Assembly (NCBI GenBank): GCA_013239625.1 | Contig: MU053487.1 | Span: 124,001-188,000, forward strand | Direction: 5' to 3' | Origin: Lama guanicoe | Taxonomy: Eukaryota | DNA length: 64,000 bases | Part shown: positions 13,201 through 27,286 of the stretch, piece by piece | How the letters are laid out: each line of letters opens with the position of its first letter | Position numbering within the stretch: the stretch's first letter is position 1 | Program-made: the position numbers and the translations under genes | The notes under the pieces: model-generated | The model's input: the letters and a program-made list of their open reading frames with translations, nothing else | Told to the model about the DNA's origin: nothing | The model's database searches: none

Positions 13201-15269
13201 TGTTATAATGCTATGTGTGCGTTACTTACATTACGTGGTAAACCAGTTACTGCTGGCATTTCTGGTTAAGAATTCACCATCCAGGGGAGAAGATTCTCCT
13301 CAAGAGATTCATCCTCTAGATGTGGCTACTTCAAGTACATCTATTATCTGTATCTTGATCAAAATCATTACTTTGCTAATTAGGACCTTGAAGATCTGAA
13401 ATGGCTTTCTGTTGGTGAGAAGAGTGGCTATTAACTAGCACGAGAAATACTAGAATATGGGCTGCCCTTCGTAAAATGAAATATTTATGATATGGGGACT
13501 GGCTTGGATTATTTTCGAGACACTTCTCACCCTTATATGGACAGGCTAAAACCAATCTAGACATTGCTGGTCTCACTTGGGGGTACTTGTTACTCACGGG
13601 GACTGTGGGAACAGCCCACATCTGTGCTCATGGTGACCCCGTACTGGGCACGCCACTCTGCTGGCACCGCACAGCTCCCCCCAGCACAGGAACTCTGAGA
13701 ACAGGGACATGTCTTCTCTGCCTTTCTATCTCTGGCACACAGCATGGTGCTTGGCACATAGTAGACATTCTGGGAATGTTTGTTGGATGAATAAATGAGT
13801 GAGTGAGGAAATGAATGAGTGAGTGGTGGAAGCCCGTGTCAGTCAAGCTTGATTCAGTCTGAAGTCCATCAGCCAGGGCATTATTGGACTTGTAACAGTA
13901 GCAAAGAACGGTAGAAAACCTTAGTCCCAGGACTGGGCATAAGCAATGTCTGCTAAATCCCTCGTCCCGTGTAACCCAGCCCAGGAACTTAAATATGTCA
14001 TGAAATTGAAAGGCACCTGGAATATGGGCAGGATGTGAGCTTTGTTCACCCCTCAGCCCTTCTCATGCAGGAAACACTGGCCCTAGTGCAGAATGTGAGA
14101 GCTGAGAGTTTGGGGAAGGTTGAGCCACTCCTGCTGTGGTTGGCCTGCCTTGACCCGGGCCCTGTGGTCAGTCTGAGCTCTGTGTGTCTGTCTGTCTGTC
14201 TGTCTGGAAGTTCTGCCTCCAGAGCTCCCTGAGCCCAGAGCATCCCTGGACGGCAGCCCAGGGCCCCGAGCCAGGCTCCCTGTCTGCCCAGGTTGGCGGG
14301 TCAGTCAAGGTCTGGCTCAGAAACAGGTTCTAAGTCACAGTTTCACCAAAACCTCAAATGAAGACAAAGACACCCACTGTTGACAAAGCGTCTACTCATG
14401 AGAAAGTCTCCCAAGCCCGTTTATCCCCTCCTGAGTGACAGTCAGGGTTGTTACTCGCCGCGTTTCAGCCTCCACTTACGTTCTGCCGTGGAGCCCCGCC
14501 CTGTGCCTGCTGGCGCGCTGTGCTCTCACCTCCCTCTGCCCTCCTGAGTCCGTGCTCTCCTCCATCAAACCCGGGGCCCTCCAGCCCTGCCCCCCGAAAC
14601 CCGGGCTGGCACCACAACAGGGCCTTCTGATTTAGGCCAGCAGGTCCAGGAAATGCAAACTCCGTGGGCTCTCTTGGCAAAGATCAGGTCACTCCCTGCG
14701 TGTTCATACTTAACCGTTACTTTAGGAGAACAGAAGACGACGGGTCAGTACAACTCAGGAGTGAAACGAGAGGGCTCGTTCAAGAGCTGCCTGCCTTTAT
14801 CAGGGGCTGAGTGGTCAAGGGGCCCAAGTCTACAGCGCGGAGCCCAGGACCCTGGCTCTCCCAGCGCTGCCACTTTTCATCTCTCACGTTATTGCATTTC
14901 TGGAAGCCCACACATGCCTTCTTTTTCCCTCTGGTCTTGGCTACACAGCCTTTAAAAATAGTAATTTTGAAAAAGACAACCAGACAAGCCAGGAATAACC
15001 ACAGGTTCGATGAGCCTCTGAACAAATATGGCAACAGGGACGAGGAACTTCTAAATTCAGTTTCAGTCCCTGGCTTGTATTCTATGAAGGAAGTCTAGAA
15101 GATGGAGAAAAAAACCAGAAAGTGAGGTTAATTTAGGAAAATAAAGGAAGGGCTTTAGAAAGGAGAGGAAACAGTGAAGGAACTTAAGGAGGCAACAGCT
15201 AGTTTGCAAAGTGATGCTTTTAGAGGCCCCTGGAGAAGCACAGACACGATCCAGATGTTGGAAAGAGAC

Positions 15270-15420
15270 GTGCCTGGTTTTACATCCTGGCTCTGCTTCT
15301 TCCTGGCTGTGACACAGGAGGTCACGGAAACTTTCTGTACCTCAGTCTTCCCATCTGTCAACTGGGGCTAGCCATTTCTACTCTCGGACTCCTGAAGATC
15401 AAATGAGATAAAGTGTGTGA
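15270..15420 (+). mobile_element. MIR SINE
   Basis: atcctggctctgc...ctgtgac...ctgtacctcagtcttcccatctgt...gatcaaatgagataa core. Confidence 0.7.
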
Positions 15421-17669
15421 AACTCCCCTTGCAGAAAGGAGCACTAGAAGATTTGGGGAGGATGGAAAGTTTCTCTCCTTTGGTTCTGGTGCTGGTTTTA
15501 TGGGTGGACCCACCTGTGACAACTCAGAGACTTTTCTGTTTGAAATGGGTACCATTTATTGTAGGCAAATGAAACCTCAAGGGAGTTGTTTAAAAAAAAA
15601 AACAGAACAAAAACAAAAAGCAACTCCCAGGACAGAGATGACCTGGGGTAGGTCTGGCACACTTTACGACAGCTCTTTCCTCTGTGCCCAGCCGGGGAAC
15701 ACGTCTTGTTTCCACAGCTGTCTGTTGTCGGACTCGGAGGTGGCAGGGTGGGGAGTGTGAAGTCAAGCTTGGTGTCATCCACTTTCCTAATACTACAGAC
15801 CAGAAAGTACAAACAGAGCCATGAAGCTTGGGATGGAAAATCTTAACGGCTTCACAGCCGGGTGGGAGTCATGACAGTCACGTGATGTCCAGGGAGGGTC
15901 AGTGGCCCGGCCCAGGGCAGAGGAGACGAGGGCTCCCTGGAGAGGTGAGGCAGCTGGGGCTACACATTAGCAAGTCCCTGGCTGCGCCCAGCAGGTCTCC
16001 ATCAAGTCCTAAAGCCACACGGCCGTGCCTCTCGAGAAGGACCAGCCGCTGTCTCCAGAAGCAGGGTTGCCAGCTGGCAGAGGCCAATTTCCCAGCCAAG
16101 TCCCAGACGGCAGAAGTTGTGGACTGCCTTGGATTATCTGTTGTCAAGGGGGCTGGAGTCAACAACATACCAGGAAGTGATGAGCCAGCATCTCACAAAT
16201 CCCTTTAGATCCCTTCAGTGAGGGACCTAATACCCTCCTCGATCAGCAGGAGGGTGAAAGGGAGAAGGCCCAGGTCACAGGTCGTGTTCTGAGTGATGTG
16301 TCTCCCATCTAGAATAACAAGAGCAGCAAGCAGACCAACGGAACGACCCCGCCACCTCCTCGACCCCTGATCCTCCCCTCCGCCCCGCCCTCGTCCTCAT
16401 CCAACGCCCTCCTGTGCTCCCTGCAGGGCGGCACCCCACCCCCCAGATACACACGGAGAACACAAGGCTGCCAGAACCTTGTTCTACTGTGAAGCCAGTG
16501 CACACTTTTTTGCATCCATGTACGGGATCTGTGCAGCCTTCGAGCTCTTTGAGCACCTCTTCCACCTGGAAACACGCACTTCCTTTAAAAATCTCACCTG
16601 CTGAGACCCCTCATTTCGGGCTTTCCCTCCTCCCACCTCACCTACTGCTTTTCTGTCTCCCCTGAGGCACCCAGGTTACTAGAGTTTCCTTTAGGGTTGG
16701 GACAGTTTGGCTTAACTCTGTATTTACAGTACCTAGGACCCCACCAAATGACAGGAGAGGGAGTGAGTGAGTGAATGAATGAACGGCCAGCCAGCCGTAC
16801 AAGGAACATTGGGGTCCCAACCCAGATGTGTCCAGCTGCAGACCCTGGTTTGGGCCTCTCTCTCAAGAGGACTTGTCTCGGATATGAAGCAGTTCCCTAG
16901 TCACTTGAATAATAAGTGTAAAAGGGAGTCAAGTACCTGGAGACAATATTCTTGTAACACACACTTCTTAGAACGACACGGATACTTTGAATATCAAATC
17001 TACAGAGTAATGAGAACTGTAACGGTCTCTCTATTCCCCCAAGTGAAGAAACCAAAATTCCGGCCCGGCAGCTGAAAGCTCCAACAACTCTGCTTTGCGG
17101 TGAGAAAATAAACACCATTTCAGACACACAAAACCTGCATTTAGTCCTTATCCTACTGGGGCCCGTAAACAAGCTGGCGGGGCTGGGTCACGGCGGTGCA
17201 GCCTCGCCAGAAACACAACCAGCTCACTGCCATTTCAGGGAGGGTGGGAGTCGGCTTTGAAGAGGTGAAACATTCAACACACAGAAGCCAGGTCTTATGC
17301 CTGATTTTCTCAGACAGGTGAATCCGTTACAACTGGCAGCAGCAATGGTAGAAAGTGCTAGAAGATTGCTCAACCTGGGCTTCAGGAACTTGCCCCAGTC
17401 TGTAACTTTGTTACTGGTTTGCAGCAAGGCAAGTGGATACATTGTGAGGAAGTTTTTAGAAGCTTCTGTAACAATTTGATAGGAGAATTTTATGTCTGTT
17501 TACTTTGATGAAAAATTGTGTTTCTATTTGCAATATCTTTGTTTTAGTTTGATATTAATTCATTTTGGTTGCATTTTATGAAAGGGTCAGTCTATCAGTC
17601 ACTAGAAAACAAATTTTTAATGGTGCACTGAGGGTTTGAGAAATAGTGAAATAGACAACAACAGCAAAA

Positions 17670-18295
17670 TCTCCCTCTTCGTTGAAAAACATCCAAGAGA
17701 AAAAAGAGAAGCCACAGAATGGGAAGGAATACTTGCAACACATTAAGAGAATTTTATGCAAAAAAGAAATCCTACATTATGAAAATAATCAATTGAAATC
17801 GACTAGAAAAATGGGCAAAAATCCTGGACAGACACTTTACTGAGGAAATGCTAATACCCGGTTAGCACGTGATAAGTGCTCGAGTTGAGAAATGGATGTG
17901 ACAGGTCACCACAGAGTTGTCACCAAAATGGCAAAAAGGTAAAAAGAAGCCTCACCATCCTGAAGGGTGGTGAGGAGGCTGGACCAGAGCTGGTGGGCGA
18001 GGAAACTGGTCCAACTTTAGAAAACTCTCCGGCAGCCTTTATGAAAGCTGGACACACACCTACCCCATGGGCAGTGATTCCACTCCCAGGAGCCAAGAGA
18101 AATGTGTTTGCATGCAAACCAAATGAGGTGGACGAGAACAATCTTGGCTGCACAGTTACTGACAGCCACAACACAAGAACAAGCCAGATGACCACCAGCA
18201 GAAATAACGGGCGGTGTCTTCACACTTGGGGCAGTAAATAGCAATGAATACCAGAAACCACGGCTCAGACAGCAACGTGGGTGAAGCTCACAGAC
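17670..18295 (+). mobile_element. Old LINE-1 ORF2-end fragment
   Basis: gccacagaatgggaaggaatacttgcaa, gaaaaatgggcaaaa, gtgattccactcccagg motifs. Confidence 0.65.
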
Positions 18296-18952
18296 AAGGC
18301 AGCGCCCTAGTCTCGCTGTGGTTCTCTCATAGGACCTGTGGGACAGTCTAAGGACAAACTGTCCTATAAATGCAGTAACACCGTGGTGCCAGAGTCATCC
18401 CGTGCTATAGAACCAGCCTCCGTTTGGTGCCCACAAGTCAGGATGTGTCAGGAAGGTGGTCTCTGACGGAGTCCTGGAGAGAGAGGAGCCCTGTGGGGTC
18501 AGGGGACCATTCAGGGTCTGGCCTGAGGCCCATGGAGTCATAGGAGAGAGTGATCTCTGCCACTGTGAACAATTCCCAAAGGGCTGAGCAGCAGGGAGAT
18601 GCAGGAGCCAGGTATGTGATGACGATGGAATGGGGCCATCTGGGGACAGGCCTCTTGTTACAACCCTGTCACAGCTCTCAGGGTCCTCACAGGGGTCATG
18701 CCCAGTCACAAGAATCACCACCAACTTTGGGCTTCCTACCCTTCCAGCCCACTTTACCAATCCGGGGGCATCTTTACCCTAAGCATTGTTCCTTATGGTA
18801 CCTCATCTCCATCACATTTCCAGGGAAATAAGCTAGAAAGTTAACCCAAGGTCAACTCTGTCCTCAGAGAAGAAGAGAAGGTTTGATCCACCCCTCACCC
18901 CCAGCTGGGAAATGCTGTGCCAGCACCCAGCAGCCAAGCGGCGATGTTCTCA

Positions 18953-19312
<360 letters not shown>

Positions 19313-19669
19313 TCAGCCTGGGAGAAAACAAAACATAAAAAGCACCCCCCTCCCCACCCCACCACCCCTGTGGGTGTGGCCTGTGCCCTAAACTGAGACC
19401 TCCTTTCACCCTGGCAACCCCTGCACCTGGCAGAATGCCTGTCACAGATGAGGCACTCAAAAAATACTTGAATGAATAAATGTGCTACAATGTGCTAAAA
19501 CTTTATATTTTAAAACTGTCAGGCAACATTACCCTCTAATGTCTGCTTGGAAGGCAGACCCAGAGACATACGCCCAGCAGCAAGCTCCCCTTTGCCTTAG
19601 GTACAGAAGTGGTAGGTGCCCTTTGCCAAGTGCTGATCTATGACAGAGTGTACGGTACAGCAGGGCTTC

Positions 19670-20530
19670 CCGTGTGATGCTGAAAAAAGCATTGGTGAGA
19701 AGGGGCATTCTTCTTTATCTATTCTACATAAACAAGATTATACTGTATAGCACAGGGAAATATATACAAGATCTTGTGGTAGCCCACAGCGAAAAAAAGG
19801 AATGTGACAATGAATGTATGTATGTTTCACAATGAAAAATTGTGCTTTATGCTGGAGTTTGACACAACATTGTAAAATGACTATAACTCAATAAAAAAAT
19901 GTAAAAAAAAAAAGAAGAAGGGACATTCTTGCCTTGTTCCTGATCTAGTAGGAAGCTTCACATTTCCCCCAATTAAGTGCAACGTTAGCTCTAAGTGTTT
20001 TGCAGACGTTCTTAACCAAGTTGAAGTTCTCCTCAGTTCCTAGTTTGCTGAGTTTCTATCATGAGTGGCAGCTGGTTTTGTCAAATGCTTTTCTCCATCT
20101 ATCAGTATGACCTTGTGCTTTTTCTTCTTCAGCCTTTCGATTCGTGGGATTACATTAATTGCTTTTGGAATGTCGAAACAGTCCTGCATACCTAAAATTA
20201 ATCCCAGTTGGTTATGGTGTATAATTCTTTTTTATACATTGTTGGATTCAAATTGCTAGTATTTCGTTGAGGTTTTTGAGTCTACGTTCACGAGAAATAA
20301 TAGTTTGTAGTTTTCTTTTCTTGTAACGTCTCTATCTGACTTTGGTATTAGAGTAATGCTGGGCTCAGAATGAGTTAGGAAGTAGTCCCTCTGCTTCTAA
20401 CTTCTGGAGGAGATTGTAGAGAACCGGTGTAATTTCTTCCTGAAATGTTTGGTAGAATTCACCAGTGAAGTCATCTGGACCTGGTGCTTTCTGTTTTGGA
20501 AGGTTATTAATTATTGATTTGGTTTCTTTT
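19670..20530 (-). mobile_element. Older LINE-1 ORF2 fragment, interrupted by a younger L1 tail
   Basis: cttgccttgttcctgatct, ttttgtcaaatgctttttc, ggtagaattcaccagtgaag are antisense L1 ORF2 motifs. Confidence 0.8.
19713..19915 (+). mobile_element. Short young LINE-1 3' end with poly(A)
   Basis: tactgtatagcacagggaa...gactataactcaataaaaaaa. TSD agaaggg(g/a)cattctt at 19698-19712 and 19916-19930. Confidence 0.85.
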
Positions 20531-20731
20531 CTTTCATGCTGGACTAGAAACCGAAGTCCTTTTTCCCCTAATGTTTTAGAGCTCTTGACACATTAGGACC
20601 ATTTACCTCAATGTTCTGAAAGACTACATTGTAGCACACATTGTTTAATCGTTAGACAGACATTTATGCTGATTCCAAGTTTTCACTATTGTAAACAATG
20701 CTACAATGAACATCCCAGTGTGTATATTTTT

Positions 20732-20882
20732 GTTTGTGTTTTTGGGGGCGGGTAATTAGGTTGGTTTGTTTGTTTTTGTGTTTATTTATTTATTTATTTA
20801 TTTAAGGTACTGGGGATTGAACCCAGGACCTCATGCATGCTAGGCATGCACTCTACCCCTGAGCTATATCCTCCCCCCTCCA
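20732..20882 (-). mobile_element. tRNA-Ala-derived SINE with aacctaattacc tail
   Basis: Antisense tRNA-like head. TSD tgtgtatattttt at 20719-20731 and 20883-20895. Confidence 0.9.
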
Positions 20883-22157
20883 TGTGTATATTTTTATATT
20901 GTCTTTCATTAGGATAAACTAGAAATAAAATTGCTGCATCACAGTGATGCAATGATGCTTTAAAAAAGGGCAATAATTTTTAATGCAAATTTTCTCTTCT
21001 AATTTTTGATGTTGGAAAGGAAAGCCTTTAGTCCTTATATTGCTTAAAAGAAATTATGCTGAGAAAAGATGAAAAAAGAAAATACACTTTGTGCTGTAAG
21101 CCACCCTGAGTGGCCTGAGGGCTTATAGTTTGGGTACCACTTTCTCAAAGAGAGTCATTGCTATACATGTTCTTTAACACGAAAAATGTTGAGTGTAAAG
21201 GAACGTGGCTGTACTTCAGGAAGTCAGCACAGAGTGCTGCATTTTAACACAAACCACCTTGGCTGAGGAGCCAGGAGATCGAGTGCTTGTTTCACCCATG
21301 GGGCAAGTAGGGACAGGCAGCCCATCTGAAAGTTGCCACAAACCCGGGGCACCTCCACTGGGTTCACGTGGTCTGAGCAGCGCATCCTGATGAGCATGGA
21401 TCAGAGTCATCCTCCTCAGTCAAGTCGGGTTGGACCAAATTCCAGCTGGTATCTCAGGGGCAGAAAGGTTCCCTCTCTGTCCCACCATCCTCAGCTCCTG
21501 GGACCCCAGCTGGATATCCCAGTGTTTTCTCCTCTTACCAGCATCTAGTTCTGGGAACTGGAGGCCCTTCCTCATTCACTCACTTTCAAAGGACTGCTAA
21601 ATACATTCAGTCTCACACAGCCCTGTCTGCGGAACACAACCGCAACTCCTTGGAAGGAAAATCGAGGAGCAGGGTAACTGTTTTGAGAGTAGATAAAGGA
21701 GGACTTCAGGCCAAATTCACACCCTGCCAGACCCATGGGATCTTATTCCTCACGGTTATTTTCCAGAACACCATGGGCTAGAGTCTGGCTGAGGAAAACC
21801 ACAGTAACGCTCCCGAGAGTCTCAGCACACATACCACGTGTTCCTGGATTTCCCACAAATGTCCAAGGCAGGAAACACACTGCTTCTTAGCTGGTGTGAT
21901 TTCAGCAGCTCCAGGACAACAGTTCTATGTGTTAACACAACCAAGTGCAGGCCAAAAACACCACTCATTTCCAGGTGCAACCTGGATTCGTTCCTTTCGC
22001 TAACCTTCCCAACTTGAACCCTGCAAGTGAGCTACGGAAAATAGCTGGTTCTACCTGGACCCTCTTCTCTGGAGAAAGTTACATGTGGGGAATCATTACT
22101 GCTCCTTCTCAATAATTCTGCAGGTGGCAGTTGTGGTTTGTGGATTTTTATTATATC

Positions 22158-22207
22158 AGCACTTCTCAAATTTGAACGTGTGTCAGAATCCCTGCAGGGC
22201 TTGTAAA

Positions 22208-22238
<31 letters not shown>

Positions 22239-22362
22239 GAGCTGTGTTTTTGAGTTTATGACTCAGTAGGTCATGATTAGGGCCCAAGAATTTGCATTTA
22301 TAACAAGTTCACAGGTGACAGTAACACACTTCATCCAGGGACCATCCTTGGAGAAATACTGT
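22158..22362 (+). mobile_element. MER5-type MITE containing a (CA)n microsatellite (about 22208-22236)
   Basis: cagcacttctcaaatttgaacgtgtgtcagaatc...gaatttgcatttataacaagttc...ttggagaaatactg. Confidence 0.7.
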
Positions 22363-22984
22363 TTTAGATTAAAAAACAAAGCAAAACTACCCTCGAAAAC
22401 AGGTAAAACTAATATACGGTAATGGGAATCAGAATAGAGATTGCTGGCTTTGCTGGAATGGGGAGGGGCAGAGGCTTTTTGGAAAAGCGCTCCAGGGAAC
22501 TTTCTGGGTGAAGGAAATGTTTCATAACTTGATTGGGTGTTGATTCCACAAGCGTGTACATTTATCAAAACTTATCAAACTTAAGACCTGTGCGTTTTGC
22601 TAATGTAAATTCAATCTCAATGAAATCAGTTAATTAAAAAAATTCCTCCCCTCCAGAAAACTTGTAATTTTTTCAGCAGGAGGTATAAATGGTTGAAAAT
22701 TAGTCACAGTCTCTCCCAAGGGGAATTGGATTTGGCAAGAATCCATGCCTTGAGAGAATGGTTTCCAACTTGTGGGCCTTTGACCCTGGTAATACTACAG
22801 TGTTTGCAAGATGTCAGCAAGGTCATAGGCAGTTAAGTCCTGGGTCAATCAATACATTTAAATCAATTATTATCAACTGGAGTCTACATAATGCTTGTTC
22901 CTGTTTCCCCTCCTAAAAATTATTTTTAAAATGTTCTAGAATGAAATGATATAATGTCCAACATTTGCTTTAAGATACCTCAAT

Positions 22985-23255
22985 GGGATAAACAAAATGA
23001 AAAGACAACCTGCAGACCAGGAGAAAATACATGCAAACAATCTGACTGGCAAGGGTTTAACCTCCAGAATATATACAGCTCGTGTAACTCAGTAACAAAA
23101 ACAAAAGAAAACAAAACAGGCAACCTAATCAAAAAAATGGGCAGAGGCCCTAGACAGACATTTCTCCAATGAAGACATACAGGTGGAAACAGACACATGA
23201 AAAGATGCTCAGTATCGCTAATTGTCAGAGAAATGCAAATCAAAACTACAGTGAA
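22985..23255 (+). mobile_element. LINE-1 ORF2 fragment
   Basis: aaatgaaaagacaacct...catgaaaagatgctcagtatcgctaattgtcagagaaatgcaaatcaaaactaca. Confidence 0.85.
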
Positions 23256-23259
23256 ATCT

Positions 23260-24110
23260 GGAGTTTATCTGGTGGAGAATGGGGAATCATGAAAGAGTTT
23301 AAAACAGGAAATAACACGATCTCCTTGGCACTTTAGAAGGAGCACCGTTTGCAGGGTAGAGACTGGATTGAGGAAACAAGGCTGGGAATTTGAGGACCAG
23401 TAGGATGCCCAGGATGGTAGGACAAGAGCTGAAGTGAGGTGCAGAGGCAAGAGCCAGGAGATCCTGGAGATGTTAAGAAAGGAGGTTTTTGTTTTTGTTT
23501 TTGTTTTTCAGAAGTTATGATTGAAAAGCTGTAGGGGAAAGGGGAGGGGGTGGGGCAAGGGATGAGAAAGGGAGGCTAAGGACCTGTGGAGTTCGAAGTG
23601 CAAGAGAAGGGTCCATAAGTAGCTGCATGTATGGAATCTGGGGCTTAGTGGAGAGATGTAGGCTTGAGAAAATGATTTGGAATTAATGAGAATTTAGTTG
23701 AAAACTGAAGCCCCTAGAGAGTTGAGTGAGGGGAGGTGAGAGCCCAGATCAGAGCCCCAGAGGAGTGAGCAGAGAATGACAAGTTCACAGAGGTCACCAC
23801 GGCAGCCAGACAGATACAAAGAAGACCCAAAGGAAGTTAAGGGAAACTGTATTTCAAGGACCATGGCTGCAGAAAAAGCAGGTAAATTGCAGGGGGAGAG
23901 ATGGCTACTATGTTTAGCCACAGGGAAGCTACCAGTAACCTTGGTGAGAGCAGTTTCACCCAATAGGACAGATAGAAGCCAGAAAGCAGTGGACAGAGGA
24001 ATGAAGGCATGATGGGTGGGATGACCCTGGGGACCATGAATGTGGAGGAATTTTAGGGCCATGAAGGGAAGAGAGAGATGGGATGGTAGCTAAAGGGACA
24101 TGGAGTAGCA
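23260..24110 (-). mobile_element. L2 LINE fragment
   Basis: Purine-rich antisense L2 motifs (accttggtgagagcagtttca, gatagaagccaga, gggaagagagagatgggatggtagct). Confidence 0.65.
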
Positions 24111-27100
24111 ACTTGTTAAGGACATGAATTGCCCTAAAGTTATCCTAGAAGAGTTAGTTGTGTGGACTTGAGTCGCTGTGTTGGGAAGACAAACCTTTCA
24201 GTGACCTTACTACTGAGTCACTGGAGCAGATCAGGCCTTGATGGGTATGGGCAGGTGCCTAGGAGACAGAAAGAAAGCAGAAGCTCTGTATCTGAATTGC
24301 ATCTAAGTCCGAAGTCCTGGTGGTTCAGGTCACGGGCTCCCAAGGAAGGCATGTGCTAGAGTGAAAACCCTGCGTCCCTGCCAGCGGGACCCTGGCCATC
24401 ACTGGGGGTGGTCCAGGCCCACCTCCCCTGACCCACCAAGTGGCCTCTGCCGTGCCCCACCCCTGCCCCGCCTGGCACTCAGGGTTCTCCCACATCCTGG
24501 ACATTTCTCTCAGCTCGTCCTCACCAGCAGATGATGAGGCGTGAAGGGCCGGGGATAGACAAGAATTCTTTTTAAGCATAAACATAAGTGCAGCCAGAAG
24601 TTGGGGGTGCCAAGCCCACGCTAGAGAGGGGCCGAGTCTGTGAAGAGAGCCGCCCCGCGGCCGGTGTTCTGTGACCCGAGGACGCAGGCTGCCCCGCCCG
24701 CAGCAGGACACCTGGGCAATGGGGTCAGGAAGCTCCACATCGCTGTCTGTGGCCTGGGCAGCCTCTCTCTGAGCCTGTCGCCGCTGGTGGAGGGGATCGA
24801 GAGGTCAGCACATCCTCCTGGTGAGAAACCCCATCAATGTCTGGGTGGTCCCCGCTCTAATAGGAGCGCATCTTGCGCTCCATTTCCCATCTTCCTCCGG
24901 AACGCTGAGCCCCGTGAGGACGTTGTGTAGAAGAGCTGTCTCTAAGCCAGTGGCCCTCGCAGGTCCAGAGGCAGTGGTGGGGCAGCACCGGTCAAGGATC
25001 TCTAAGTCCTGAGAACGGAGTTGCTCCAGGAGTTCTCAGCTCTGGGAATTCACGTGTGTGGGGGGGGGCGGACTTCGGACTCCCCCTCACACAGGAGGCC
25101 ACAATCATCTGAGCGCTCGGATGGGTCACACGCGCACCCCGGTGGGGCCCGGGCTCCTCTCAGTAGCTCCGACATGGAGAAGTCCGTCTACAGCCCCAGC
25201 CACAAAGCTGTAACAGAGATATCGGCCCCGGGGGCGCTAGGACCCATTGGCACCGTTTCTCTGGTGGCCAGACACTTGGAATTCCTGGGGGCAGGCTGTT
25301 TGTGTGTTGAGACTGATCTGGCCCAGATCAGACCGGATGCCGTCCAGGCCTGGGTGTGTGGGTGGCGGAGGAGTGGGCCTCACTGCAAACCGCAGTGGGA
25401 TTATTTGGGTCGCCCTTTGCAGCCACCTCAGACCTGCCCGGCAGCCACTCGAGTCCCCAAGGGTGTTCTGAACCCAGTTCATTCTCCTGAAGCATTAGTA
25501 CGGGGGCTGGCCTGGAACTAGTCCCCCTGAAACCACTGGGATCTTAGATTTCCTGTCACTGCTCCAGCTGTTCTCTCTGTCTGAAGAGCCCTCTCCTCTT
25601 TTCCCTCATCTTATCTCCAGGAAACAAAGTCCTTCAAATTCCACTTCAACTGCCACTGCCTCAGGTGGTCTCTCTAATCACCCTCCTCCTTTGTGTAACA
25701 GAAATGCATCCATCTCTCACTTGTCCTTAAACACTGTCAACTCCTTGAGGGTGGAGATGAGTCTTCTGTCCCTGATTATCTATCTGCCTATCATCCATCC
25801 ATCCATCCATCCATCCATTGATCCATCTATTCATTCATCTATCTATCTGAAGCACATCAAGTTTGAGTCCTGCTTTGTATTACCTTGGGCAAACACATTA
25901 ACAAATGGCCAATGCCATGTCAATGACGTCACTGGTAATGAGTGCAGTCTCTTCCACACTCCCTTGGGAGAGCCTGAACTAAATAAATGCTACCTCTGCT
26001 CAAAGCATTGAAACTCATTGATTCCAGTCTCCCATCACCAACTGGACCAAGACTCCAGTTTCCCCATCAATTTCCCCAGAGCCCATCTTGAGGCATAGCG
26101 CCTCCTGTAGGCAGACCTGGGAATTGGCCACCCTCAGCAACTCCTGATGGCTCTGAGAGGTGAGCATCGGGCTCTCTTCTTGATGACACAGAGGTAGAGA
26201 ATCATTCCATTTCTGTCTTTATGGGGAATACAGGCAGGAGTAATGTGTGCACAGGAGGTGGAACACAATGCTAAGATGAGGTGGGCCGCTGGGGACAGCG
26301 GCCAGGTCAGCCCTGGCTTAGAGGGAGAGAAACAGAAGCACACCCTAAGTGACACGGGTGCCACAGGGGGAAGGCAAGAGGAGACTCAAAGCCTCCAGAC
26401 CCCATGCCGTCGACCCCACGGACCAGCTGCCAAGAGAAGCAGTGCCAGAGAGCCCAAGTGGAGGCAGCTTACTTCATCAACATCCAGTTGGTTAAAAATA
26501 ACTGCACTTATTAGTTTAAGTGAGATCACCACCAGACTGGAAATTCACTGTCAGTGAAACAAAAATACTGGAAGGAAAATGAGAAATGTCTACATTCATG
26601 ATGAACTTTATTTCAAAAGAGGAACACAGAAGGAAGCTGCCCGAACATTCCACAGGCTCGGTTTTCCTTCTGGGCTCTTTACAAGGCACACGTCTGCCAC
26701 TTTTGGAATTAGCATCCTTCATTCTTCCTGTCTTGCCAGAGAGAAGCAGCAGCCCAAGGGCTAAGAGCCACGAAACATCGCCAGCAAAAAGGCAACCTTT
26801 GGAGGTGCCACTGCCCACGGGCAGGCATCTGCTGAGCCAAATCTCACCTGCATTCCCCAGGAACCTCTTCTCAGGTCCTGCCAAGGTGCTACACCTTCCT
26901 GTGGCACACAGTTGTCCCTTGTTGACTTTCTACAAGGCTCCACTGAGGAAAAGTGGAGAGCCACGTGAGAGGGGTTTATATGCTCTTTCTAAAGGCTGAA
27001 AGGCAGAGGAACAGGGACAGAGGGCTCTCTGAACACACCCTGGGGAATCCATCCTGCTTTTTTGCAAAGCCCAAGAGAGAGCAGCCCTCTGACGCTAATC

Positions 27101-27286
27101 CCGCCTCCGCAAGCATTCCTGAGCCCCTTCATCGCCTGCCTGAAACCTCCTCACGAGTTGCCCTGTAGGAACAAGACTCCAGTTTCCCCCACCCAAACCC
27201 CTCCCCATGGACCTGGAGGTGGGGAGAGGGGCGGGCAAGGCTCAGGTCAATTGCTCTGGGATGCATGGCTCTCGAGTACTTTGATT

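Noticed and set aside
18300..18820. Possible LTR remnant near exon 4
   Set aside because: Begins TG on minus and looks LTR-like, but I could not match a family or find the other end or a TSD.
24790..24850. GEKPHQC resembling a C2H2 zinc-finger linker
   Set aside because: No second Cys or His pair at the right spacing and no repeat of the motif; likely chance.
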